NCBI RefSeq assembly: GCF_039654945.1
Contig: NW_027361738.1
Location: forward strand, 72,044,001-72,108,000
Source: Dendrobates tinctorius
Lineage: Eukaryota
DNA: 64,000 nucleotides
Direction of reading: 5' to 3'
Shown: positions 39,701 to 49,116 of the stretch, piece after piece
Numbering within the stretch: position 1 is the stretch's first letter
Layout of the letters: each line of letters starts with the position of its first letter
Notes under the pieces: generated by a model
What the model was told of the DNA's origin: nothing
Database searches by the model: none
The model's input: the letters and a program-made list of their open reading frames with translations, nothing else
Position numbers and translations under genes: made by a program

Positions 39701-42700
39701 GTCCTTAAAAAAAAAAAAAAAAAAAAAATCAGATGCCATCTTTGTGTCCATTTTTTCACTGACTCATGGGAGGTGGAGAAAGGTTTCTTTTTTCTCATCA
39801 GTGGAAAAAAAAAAAAATGAAATNNNNNNNNNNNNNNNNNNNNNNNNNNNNNNNNNNNNNNNNNNNNNNNNNNNNNNNNNNNNNNNNNNNNNNNNNNNNN
39901 NNNNNNNNNNNNNNNNNNNNNNNNNNNNNNNNNNNNNNNNNNNNNNNNNNNNNNATCAGGGTAACAGGGTATTGCCATCACAGGCAATCACGGCTGATAT
40001 AAAAAATAAGCGCATCTTCTCTTTAATTAACTAAATGGTCACACAAGTGTTGTCTTAAGGTACGTATCACCACCTCCTACATTTCCTATACATATACGGT
40101 ATATCCCATCAGATGCGGCTGGATCGGCCCTTCAAGCATGTGTCAGATCAGAATTCATAACCTTGCAGAGGATAAACAAGGGAGTCATTTTCCTCTGGAC
40201 TGAAGAAACTCAATTTCCAGGCTCCGTCACTAAATACCTTCCTTACGTACAGGAATTGACTAAAGTGAGTGTCAATCCTTCGCAATGGATATAATTGTGG
40301 TAATCCGCTGTAATGGCCGAGGCTCTGGACATCTGGTGATGACCCCGCAGCACAATCTGCTCCTGACATCTGAGCTCTCATCTCACAGGTAACGGAGGAG
40401 ACGCTGCACCTAAGGGACTGGGGTCTATAAAGAAACCTCAGACTTGGATACATGACAAAGCTTAAAACTGGGACCACCCATCATTGATGCCTGAGATTTT
40501 ACATCATGATGTGCAATGTGCAGCAACATCGTGCGCCAAGTAAGCACCAAAGGATCCCAAGACGCCGGGTCAAGGACGTCTGCCACATAAGTGAATATCG
40601 GCTGCCAGAGAGGACCGAACCGGATGCTCATCTCTACTGCCATCAGCTAGACACGGGAGCGTCACTGACATAGTGCCAGCAGTTGCGCACCCCCCACTGT
40701 ACCTCTTCATGTACAGGTGTTCTCCAGCCTGACTTCAGGACTGCCACCATCCTGGAGAACGTGAGTCCTAATGACGCCCATCAGGCAGTAGTGATGTAAC
40801 CCAAGTAGGATGTCAGGAGCACATCTAGTGCTATATGGACAGGAGACCTCTTCCTCTCGTTTGGATGCCGTACTATTAATCCCGGCCAAACAGCAAGAAA
40901 TAAGTCTCTGTTTGTGCCACCCAAACATGTGTCAATGCCCAGGTCTGTCCGGAGAGAGGAGCTCCAGTAATGCAACGGATCCTCACCAACTATAGCACTT
41001 CTGACGTATTTGTGGACGAACATTGTGTCTGGTGGAGACATTGATCAGGGAAAAGACGACTAGTGCTGCCATGTACAGGGGCTGCCCGGCACAAACTGGC
41101 AGAGAGATCTGCAATGGTATTTACTCCAACCTTTCTAATCTGAGGATGTGGATGAATTTATTTTCTCAGTTCAGACTCCAGTTTTTTATCCATTTCATTG
41201 TGCATTCTGTGCATATATGGGTGTGACCGCCCTCTTTCTGAGCTGGGAAAACCATCCTGTCTGGCCTATGCTTTTACTAGTGGTTCAGCCGCTCGATCCT
41301 TGTTCACATTCACGTCACTTGGCAGGTGAAAAGGTTTTAAATACAAGAGTTAGGACTGTCCCACAAGGGTTGCCGTGACGTGGCGGGATGGCTTGTACAT
41401 TATTTTGATCAAAATTATGTTTACTAAATACCCTTATTATTATTACCTTTATGCATTATTTGCAGTTTATTTTTTACTTTTTATTTGTGTTGCTTTTTGT
41501 TTTCTCATGTACAGGGGCTGCCCGGCACAAACTGGCAGAGAGATCTGCAATGGTATTTACTCCAACCTTTATAATCTGAGGATGTGGATGACCCCAGTCA
41601 CATTTACTGCCAGTGCTACTTGTGTGCGTGGCACAGGATACCGTGTAATGTGAAGTCCAGCTGTAATGATAGATTCGATGGAGCTCCCCTGAGGGAGAAA
41701 GAGGAAGGACAGATGGACGGGCCGGAGCTCCCCTGAGGGAGAAAGAGGAGGGACAGATGGACGGGCCGGAGCTCCCCTGAGGGAGAAAGAGGAGGGACAG
41801 ATGGACGGGCCGGAGCTCCCCTGAGGGAGAAAGAGGAGGGACAGATGGACGGGCCGGAGCTCCCCTGAGGGAGAAAGAGGAGGGACAGATGGACGGGCCG
41901 GAGCTCCCCTGAGGGAGAAAGAGGAGGGACAGATGGACGGGCCGGAGCTCCCCTGAGGGAGAAAGAGGAGGGACACATGGACGGGCCGGAGCGCCCCTGA
42001 GGGAGAAAGAGGAGGGACACATGGACGGGCCGGAGCTCTCCTAAGGGAGAAAGAGGAGGGACACATGGACGGGCAGGAGCTCTCCTAAGGGAGAAAGAGG
42101 AGGGACAGATGGACGGGCCGGAGCTCCCCTGAGGGAGAAAGAGGAGGGACAGATGGACGGGCCGGAGCTCCCCTGAGGGAGAAAGAGGAGGGACAGATGG
42201 ACGGGCCGGAGCTCCCCTGAGGGAGAAAGAGGAGGGACAGATGGACGGGCCGGAGCTCCCCTGAGGGAGAAAGAGGAGGGACACATGGACGGGCCGGAGC
42301 TCCCCTGAGGGAGAAAGAGGAGGGACACATGGACGGGCCGGAGCGCCCCTGAGGGAGAAAGAGGAGGGACACATGGACGGGCCGGAGCTCTCCTAAGGGA
42401 GAAAGAGGAGGGACAGATGGACGGGCAGGAGCTCTCCTAAGGGAGAAAGAGGAGGGACAGATGGACGGGGCGGAGCTCCCCTGAGGGAGAAAGAGGAGGG
42501 ACAGATGGACGGGCCGGAGCGCCCCTGAGGGAGAAAGAGGAGGGACACATGGACGGGCCGGAGCTCTCCTAAGGGAGAAAGAGGAGGGACAGATGGACGG
42601 GCCGGAGCTCTCCTAAGGGAGAAAGAGGAGGGACACATGGACGGGCCGGAGCTCTCCTAAGGGAGAAAGAGGAGGGACAGATGGACGGGCCGGAGCTCTC

Positions 42701-44189
42701 CTAAGGGAGAAAGAGGAGGGACAGATGGACGGGCCGGAGCTCCCCTGAGGGAGAAAGAGGAAGGACAGATGGACGGGCCGGAGCTCCCCTGAGGGAGAAA
42801 GAGGAGGGACAGATGGACGGGCCGGAGCTCCCCTGAGGGAGAAAGAGGAGGGACAGATGGACGGGCCGGAGCTCCCCTGAGGGAGAAAGAGGAGGGACAG
42901 ATGGACGGGCCGGAGCTCCCCTGAGGGAGAAAGAGGAGGGACAGATGGACGGGCCGGAGCTCCCCTGAGGGAGAAAGAGGAGGGACAGATGGACGGGCCG
43001 GAGCTCCCCTGAGGGAGAAAGAGGAGGGACAGATGGACGGGCCGGAGCTCCCCTGAGGGAGAAAGAGGAGGGACAGATGGACGGGCCGGAGCTCCCCTGA
43101 GGGAGAAAGAGGAGGGACAGATGGACGGGCCGGAGCTCCCCTGAGGGAGAAAGAGGAGGGACAGATGGACGGGCCGGAGCTCCCCTGAGGGAGAAAGAGG
43201 AGGGACAGATGGACGGGCCGGAGCTCCCCTGAGGGAGAAAGAGGAGGGACAGATGGACGGGCCGGAGCTCCCCTGAGGGAGAAAGAGGAGGGACAGATGG
43301 ACGGGCCGGAGCTCCCCTGAGGGAGAAAGAGGAGGGACAGATGGACGGGCCGGAGCTCCCCTGAGGGAGAAAGAGGAGGGACAGATGGACGGGCCGGAGC
43401 TCCCCTGAGGGAGAAAGAGGAGGGACAGATGGACGGGCCGGAGCTCCCCTGAGGGAGAAAGAGGAGGGACACATGGACGGGCCGGAGCGCCCCTGAGGGA
43501 GAAAGAGGAGGGACACATGGACGGGCCGGAGCGCCCCTGAGGGAGAAAGAGGAGGGACACATGGACGGGCCGGAGCTCTCCTAAGGGAGAAAGAGGAGGG
43601 ACAGATGGACGGGCAGGAGCTCTCCTAAGGGAGAAAGAGGAGGGACAGATGGACGGGGCGGAGCTCCCCTGAGGGAGAAAGAGGAGGGACAGATGGACGG
43701 GCCGGAGCTCCCCTGAGGGAGAAAGAGGAGGGACACATGGACGGGCCGGAGCTCCCCTGAGGGAGAAAGAGGAGGGACAGATGGACGGGCCGGAGCTCCC
43801 CTGAGGGAGAAAGAGGAGGGACAGATGGACGGGCCGGAGCTCCCCTGAGGGAGAAAGAGGAGGGACAGGCAGGGTCATGCTCCCCTGGGCACAAGACAGA
43901 CAGCGTGACGCTCCCCTTGTGGGGGGAATAGCCAGAGCTCCTGTAGCGGGCAGTCCTTCTAGGGGGAGGGGGGATGGAGCTCCTCGAGGGGAGGGCTGAA
44001 TTTCTCCTATGGGGGAGGGGACTATAATGGAGGCAAAGGGAGAAAGCGAGGGGGAGGGGCCAGAGCCTGATGTTCCTCTGGGGGAGGGGAGAGAAGAAGC
44101 TGAGGCTGGAGTCACACAATGGCTGGGCGGCAGGATGTTGTTATCTTACCTACATCAGGATCGAAGGGGTTGGATGTGAAGAGAGGCAT
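16740..44189 (-). CDS. STAM: Signal transducing adapter molecule 1 (STAM1), full spliced gene, 14 coding exons, 525 aa
   Basis: Exons read by hand give [37 protein letters not shown]...[16 protein letters not shown]...[16 protein letters not shown] (UIM)...[19 protein letters not shown]...DPNWWKG (SH3)...YSQKALL*; exon lengths 40+85+76+96+147+91+187+95+89+88+55+154+161+214=1578 nt, frame preserved across all junctions. Confidence 0.97.
17859..18035 (+). mobile_element. 5'-truncated V-SINE-like element with L2-type tail
   Basis: V-domain-like core gagtttgtatgttctccccgtgtttgtgcaggtttcctccgggtactccggtttcctcccaca; ends gtgctatataa plus A-rich tail. Confidence 0.75.
18648..19731. repeat. Minisatellite of 30-bp and 21-bp units in STAM intron 13
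   Basis: ctctgacaacctgccccaggctccgacagc (30 bp) switching to ctccgacaacctgcccccagc (21 bp). Confidence 0.95.
20470..20630 (-). CDS. STAM: STAM exon 13 ([32 protein letters not shown]...)
   Basis: TAG acceptor after a 91-nt intron; donor AA|GTAACG gives correct phase 2 into exon 14; 161 nt. Confidence 0.85.
20722..20875 (-). CDS. STAM: STAM exon 12 ([41 protein letters not shown]...)
   Basis: CAG acceptor, GT donor, 154 nt; coiled coil and ITAM-like tyrosines. Confidence 0.93.
21490..21544 (-). CDS. STAM: STAM exon 11 ([17 protein letters not shown])
   Basis: TAG acceptor, GTAGGT donor, 55 nt. Confidence 0.94.
22780..22867 (-). CDS. STAM: STAM exon 10 ([29 protein letters not shown])
   Basis: TAG acceptor, GTGAGC donor, 88 nt. 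Confidence 0.94.
24010..24441. repeat. ~41-45-bp GC-rich minisatellite in STAM intron 9
   Basis: ggccatccttcccgctggtgggaggc(c)ngcgaat, about 10 copies. Confidence 0.93.
25162..25250 (-). CDS. STAM: STAM exon 9 ([29 protein letters not shown])
   Basis: Inside ORF 25123..25377; CAG/GT sites, 89 nt. Confidence 0.95.
26183..26277 (-). CDS. STAM: STAM exon 8 ([31 protein letters not shown]; SH3)
   Basis: CAG acceptor, GTAAGT donor, 95 nt. Confidence 0.95.
26766..26900. repeat. Perfect 56-bp inverted repeat with 23-nt spacer
   Basis: 26766-26821 is the exact reverse complement of 26845-26900. Confidence 0.95.
27290..28386 (+). mobile_element. L2 LINE 3' fragment (degenerate)
   Basis: [10 protein letters not shown] (YADD region), [42 protein letters not shown]; ends gcgctatataaa plus (taa)n. 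Confidence 0.88.
28786..28972 (-). CDS. STAM: STAM exon 7 (IELSLKEQ...[30 protein letters not shown]; UIM end and SH3 start)
   Basis: CAG acceptor, GTGAGG donor, 187 nt. Confidence 0.95.
30146..30236 (-). CDS. STAM: STAM exon 6 ([30 protein letters not shown]), GC donor
   Basis: TAG acceptor; ends AAAG|GCAAGT; 91 nt keeps frame with exon 7. Confidence 0.92.
30583..30729 (-). CDS. STAM: STAM exon 5 ([49 protein letters not shown])
   Basis: Inside ORF 30562..30807; CAG acceptor, GTAAAT donor, 147 nt. Confidence 0.95.
30733..30783. repeat. (TAA)17 microsatellite abutting the exon 5 acceptor
   Basis: Direct count, 51 nt. Confidence 0.95.
31517..32153 (+). mobile_element. Solo LTR (637 bp)
   Basis: Ends T(A)TCACGAT...ATCGTGACA, 5-bp TSD GCATG on both sides, internal TATATAA at ~31684. 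Confidence 0.8.
32436..32531 (-). CDS. STAM: STAM exon 4 ([32 protein letters not shown])
   Basis: CAG acceptor, GTGAGT donor, 96 nt. Confidence 0.95.
33515..33590 (-). CDS. STAM: STAM exon 3 ([25 protein letters not shown])
   Basis: CAG acceptor, GTAAGT donor, 76 nt. Confidence 0.95.
34182..34266 (-). CDS. STAM: STAM exon 2 ([27 protein letters not shown]; VHS)
   Basis: TAG acceptor, GTAAGT donor, 85 nt. Confidence 0.95.
34357..35627 (-). mobile_element. Tc1-like transposon remnant
   Basis: Terminus CACTGCTCAAAAAATAAAGGGAA next to TA; frameshifted transposase pieces [31 protein letters not shown]. Confidence 0.88.
35710..36200 (-). mobile_element. Second Tc1-like family, 3' end fragment
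   Basis: TA|CAGCTCTGGCAAAAATT terminus; minus strand [17 protein letters not shown]. Confidence 0.78.
36223..36706. repeat. ~43-bp minisatellite
   Basis: gactatgggatggaggatatgtatgatgggtatatgggcacgg, about 11 copies. Confidence 0.93.
39195..39463. mobile_element. hAT MITE (TAGTGATGAGC termini)
   Basis: TIR TAGTGATGAGC / GCTCATCACTG, TSD GATCCCAT / GACCCCAT; related pieces near 15790-15985 and 37535-37630. Confidence 0.82.
39824..39954. other. Assembly gap (N run) in STAM intron 1
   Basis: Run of N. Confidence 1.
41681..43867. repeat. 44-bp purine-rich VNTR, about 50 copies, STAM intron 1
   Basis: gagctcccctgagggagaaagaggagggacagatggacgggccg with few variants. Confidence 0.97.
44150..44189 (-). 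CDS. STAM: STAM coding exon 1 ([13 protein letters not shown])
   Basis: GCCGCCATG Kozak context; donor G|GTAAGA; 40 nt. Confidence 0.95.
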
Positions 44190-44480
44190 GGCGGCCGCCC
44201 CGGGAGCAGCAGCTTCCACACTACACGCGGTCTCCGGCGGCTCCTGCTGTGGCTCCGTCCTCCTCTAGCGCTGCATCAGGAGAGGCCACACAACGAGAGA
44301 TGCTGAGTCCCGAAGAGCTGAAGGACCTGTGGTGACGTCACTGTCATGTGATGAGTCACATGATTAGGAGGAGCCAGGCGCCGGACAAAATGCGCATGCG
44401 CGGCTTTTTGGGTAGTTCACACTGACTGCACAGCAGAGCTGGGAGTGTTTTGTGCTGTGTCCTGTGCGCGCAAACCTGTC
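44190..44480 (-). promoter_or_regulatory. STAM 5'UTR and proximal promoter (GC/CpG rich) with CRE, AP-1, M-box-like and NRF1 motifs
   Basis: TGACGTCA 44333-44340, TCATGTGA 44344-44351, TGAGTCA 44352-44358, GTCACATGA 44355-44363, TGCGCATGCGC 44391-44401, directly upstream of the ATG; TSS itself not determinable. Confidence 0.65.
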
Positions 44481-44530
44481 CTCTCCCGGGACGTGTATAT
44501 ATCACCTCCGCCTCTCCCCGGACACGTATA

Positions 44531-46152
44531 CAGTACAGACCAAAAGTTTGGACACACCTTCTCATTCAAGGAGTTTTCTTTATTTCCATGACTATGAAAA
44601 TTGTAGATTCACTCTGGAGGCATCAAAACTATGAATTAACACATGTGGAATTATATAATTAACAAAAAAGTGTGAAACAACTGAAAATATGTCTTATATT
44701 CTAGGTTCTTCAAAGTAGCCACCTTTTGCTTTGATTACTGCTTTGCACACTCTTGGCATTCTCTTGATGAGCTTCAAGAGGTAGTCACCGGAAATGGTTT
44801 TCACTTCACAGGTGTGCCCTGTCAGGTTTAATAAGTGGGATTTTTTGCCTTATAAATGGGGTTGGGGCCATCAGTTGTGTTGTGCAGAAGTCTGGTGGAT
44901 ACACAGCTGATAGTCCTACTGAATAGACTGTTAGAATTTGTATTATTGAAGGAAAAAGCAGCTAAGAAAAACGAGTGGCCATCATTACTTTAAGAAATGA
45001 AGGTCAGTCAGTCTGAAAAATTGGGAAAACTTTGAAAGTGTCTCCAAGTGCAGTGGCAAAAACCATCAAGCGCTACAAAGAAACTGGCTCACATGAGGAC
45101 CGCCCCAGGAAAGGAAGACCAAGAATCACCTCTGCTGCGGAGGATAAGTTCATCGGAGTCACCAGCCTCAGAAATTGCAGATTAACAGCAGCTCAGATTA
45201 GAGACCAGGTCAATGCCACACAGAGTTCTAGCAGCAGACACATCTCTACAACAACTGTTAAGAGGAGACTTTGTGCAGCAGGCCTTCATGGTAAAATAGC
45301 TGCTAGGAAACCACTGCTAAGGACAGGCAACAAGCAGAAGAGACTTGTTTGGGCTGAAGAACACAAGTAATGGACATTAGACCAGTGGAAATCTGTGCTT
45401 TGGTATGAGGAGTCCAAATTTGAGATCTTTGGTTCCAACCACCATGTCTTTATGCGACGCAGAAAAGGTGAACGGATGGACTCTACATGCCTGGTTCCCA
45501 CCGTGAATCATGGAGGAGGAGGTGGTGAGATGGTGTGGGGGTACTTTGTTGGTGACACTGTTCGGGATTTGTTCAAAATTGAAGGCATACTGAACCAGCA
45601 TGGCTACCACAGCATCTTGCAGCGGCATGCTATTCCATCCGGTTTGCATGTAGTTGGACCATCATTTATTTTTCAACAGGACAATGGCCTCAAACACACC
45701 TCCAGGCTGTGTAAGGGCCATTTGACCAAGAAGGAGAGTGATGGGGTGTTACGCAAGACAACCTGGCCTCCACAGTCACCAGACCTGAACCCAATCGAGA
45801 TCGTTTGGGGTGAGCTGGACCGCAGAGTGAAGGCAAAAGGGCCAACAAGTGCTAAGCATCTCTGGGAACTCCTTCAAGACTGTTGGAAGACCATTTCAGG
45901 TGACTACCTCTTGAAACTCATCAAGAGAATGCCAAGAGTGTGCAAAGCAGTAATCAAAGCAAAAGGTGGCTACTTTGAAGAACCTAGAATATAAGACATA
46001 TTTTCAGTTGTTTCACACTTTTTTGTTAATTATGATTCCACATGTGTTAATTCATAGTTTTGATGCCTTCAGATTGAAACTACAATTTTCATAGCCATGA
46101 AAATAAAGAAAACTCTTTGAATGAGGTGTGTCCAAACTTTTGGTCTGTACTG
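44531..46152 (+). mobile_element. Full-length Tc1-like transposon (1622 bp), defective transposase
   Basis: TIR begins CAGTACAGACCAAAAGTTTGGACACACCT, TA TSD; transposase ~44947-45994 with damaged start, in-frame stops (e.g. 45368-45370) and first catalytic D read as E (WYEESKF); QQDNG and SPDLNPIE present. Confidence 0.95.
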
Positions 46153-46417
46153 TATATCGCCTTCACCTCTCCCGGGATGTGTATATATCCCCTCTGCCTC
46201 TCCCGGGACGTGTATATATCCCCTCCGCCTCTCCCGGGACATGTACATATCCCCTCCGCCTCTCCCGGGACATGTATATATCGCCTCCATCTCTCCCGGG
46301 ACGTGTATATATGCCCTCCACCTCTCCCGGGATGTGTATATGTCTCCTCCACCCCTCCCGGGACGTGTATGTATCCTCTCCCGGGATGTGTATATATCCC
46401 CTCCCGGGACGTGTATA

Positions 46418-47655
46418 TGACGCGCCCCGGGGTACTCGGAGTCGGGCCCGTCGACTTCAATGGGGGACGGTGTCACGGCGGCTGGGACCCGATCCGTGGC
46501 CCCAGGCGGTCAAAGGCAATTATTTACGTGGTATTTAAGGAGATGGGAATAAAGTTTATGGTTGAATACGTGACACCACCTGTGGTAATCTGGTCAGAGG
46601 TGACCAGCGCTTCAGTGTCGCTTCTCTGGGATGGATGTTGGGCGCAGCTATGATGTTGTAGCCCTCCACAGGTAGGGCTGTAGTCCCAGGGCAGAATAGA
46701 TTAAGTTGTTGGAAGAGTTGGTAGATGTGGTATGGAGTAAAGGAGTGGCGCAGGAATAAAAAGGAGGACACAATCGCATGTAGTTCAATGGGCTTTACTC
46801 ACAGTCTGTCTGCAGTACAGATGCCCGCTTCAGTGCTGAGTCCTCCTGGTCAGGGGTCCAGTAAACTCCCAGGTAGATGAGTACACCGCTCCAACACTCC
46901 CTTTCAGTATGTGCCTTCCTAGGCTGTCTCACTGTACTGGTTTCCTCTCTTTCCTCCCTTTCCAGCACCTTCACAGTCAGTGTCCCAGGCTAGCTGCCGC
47001 AGGTCCTGTCAGAATTCGTCACTCAGGCGGTTCCTTGATCCTATATGGCTGCCTTTCTGGGAAGATACCTGTGGGATTCGCTGTGGCCCATACAGCAACC
47101 ACAACTGTCAGCTTGCATGTTAAGTTCGTTGTTTACTTCGCTAGGCTAGGGGCTGAGACCCTTCTGCCACCTGATTTCTTCTTCCACCTGATAGGAATTT
47201 CTAGAGTCCCACGCTGATTACTTTCTTTCCTCCCGGGAGCTTTCCCTCCCAGCCAATCTATCCGGCAGCTCCTCCTGACAGGAGTTGCTCCAAGCGCATC
47301 CTTACACCTGCTCTTCCCCTGAGGGAACTCTCCTCAACTCCTATCAAATCTCCCACTCTTTCTCCAAGCTCCGCCCACTCGCTGTTCCCTTTGGCTGCTC
47401 TACATCACTCCACTTTCTAAGCTCCTCCCCTTTTCCTACCATCCCCACTAGCTCCCCACACCCTTTCCTAGCCAGTCTGGGATGAGGCCATCCTCCCGTA
47501 GGGTACGCCCAGGTGCCCTGACTAGCTAGTGTGTGTGCATTGAGTGCAGTGTTAGGAGTGTGGTGAGGTGCCCCCATCTTACCTGGTCATGAGATACCAC
47601 ACCTCTGGATGAGATGCAGTACCTCTGTGGCGACAGGACCCGCAGGGGCGCCACA
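46418..47655 (-). mobile_element. Solo LTR (1238 bp), Gypsy-like, related to the LTRs at 55839/58973
   Basis: TG...CA ends, 4-bp TSD TATA; minus strand starts TGTGGCGCCCCTGCGGGTCCTGTCGCCACAGAGGTACTGCA like the other LTRs. Confidence 0.88.
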
Positions 47656-49116
47656 TATATATTCCCTCCACCTCTCCCGGGACGTGTACATATTCCCTCC
47701 ACCTCTCCCAGGACGTGTACATATCTCCTCCACCTCTCCTGGGACGTGTATATATCCCCTCCATCTCTCCCGGGACGTGTACATATTCCCTCCACTTCTC
47801 CCGGGACGTGTACATATCCTCTCCACCTCTCCCGGGACGTCTATATATCCCCTCCACCTCTCCCGGGACGTGTATATATCCCTTCTACCTCTCCAGGGAC
47901 GTGTATATATCCCCTCCACCTCTCCCGGAACGTGTACATGTCACCTCCACCTCTCCTGGGACGTGTATATATCTCCTCCATCTCTCCTGGGTAGAGTTGA
48001 GCGAAACGGGTCGAAAAATTTCAAAAGTCGCCGACTTTTGGCAAAGTCGGGTTTCATGAAATGAAACCCGACCCTAGGATGAGGTCGGCCACGAGGTCGG
48101 CGACTTACGCGCCAAAGTCGCGTTTCAAAAGTTTGTTTTGCGCTCTTTCAGCCAATCAGGATCCACAGACACTGTGGGCAACGTGATGACATAGGCACGG
48201 GTCACCACCATCTTTCAGAAGGGCATGCAAGTGATTGGCTTGCTTTGGTGGGCGTCACAGGGGGTATAAAAGGGCGTGCACGCCGACCGCCATCTTCTGC
48301 CGATCTCAGTATAGGGAGAGGTTGCTGCTGATTCTGTAGGGAGAGCGTTAGGCAGGGAAGAAGACAAAAAAACTGCTTCTGCTGCTAGCGATTTGGCCTG
48401 CACAACACACCAGTCACTGTGTGTGTAGTGCAAGGGAAGGCTATATAGTGGTGTATCAGTGGTGTTGGTTGTTGGGCTGCCTTCTAAGGCTTCCTGACAT
48501 TCCTGCATTGCTGTTTACCCACTGCTCCGCAAACTGCTTTTTTAAAAGCAATCCCAATTTTTTTTTTTGTCCTGCTGAGAAGAAAAAAAAACTGCTTCTG
48601 CTGCTAGCGATTTGGCCTGCACAACACACCAGTCACTATGTGTGCAGTGCAAGGGGAGGCTATATTGTGGTGTATCAGTGGTGTTGGTTGTTGGGCTGCC
48701 TTTTAAGGCTTCCTGACAGGATGGCATTGCTGTTTACCCACTGCTCTGCAAACTTCTTTTTTAAAAGCAATCCAATCTCCCTTATCCTCTAGTCACTTTT
48801 GTCACAGCTGTGCCATCGAGCCTGTGACATAGCGCTCAGATATCAGTGGGCCTCACACAATCCAAAAGTGTCCAGTGTCCACAAGTGTCTGCAGAAATTC
48901 AAAATCTCCCTTATCCTCTAGTCACTTTGGTCACAGCTGTGCCATCGAGCCTGTCACATAGCGCTCAGATATTCATTGGGCCTCACACAATCCAAAAGTG
49001 TCCAGTGTCCACAAGTGTCTGCAGAAATTCAAAATCTCCCCTGTCCTATAGACACCTTGTACCTTGTTTTACATTACTATATAGTTTGTTGGATTTTGTC
49101 TACATTTCTACCAAAA

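Noticed and set aside
40100-41050. Decayed coding sequence (EDPLHYW, hAT-like)
   Set aside because: A single short motif with no colinear support
41135-41160. Hammerhead core (CTGAGGA...GAA)
   Set aside because: No stem II or III, and GAA is absent in the second copy
41474-44119. Long ORFs up to 500 aa ([13 protein letters not shown] repeats)
   Set aside because: Translation of a 44-bp VNTR, open in several frames; intronic
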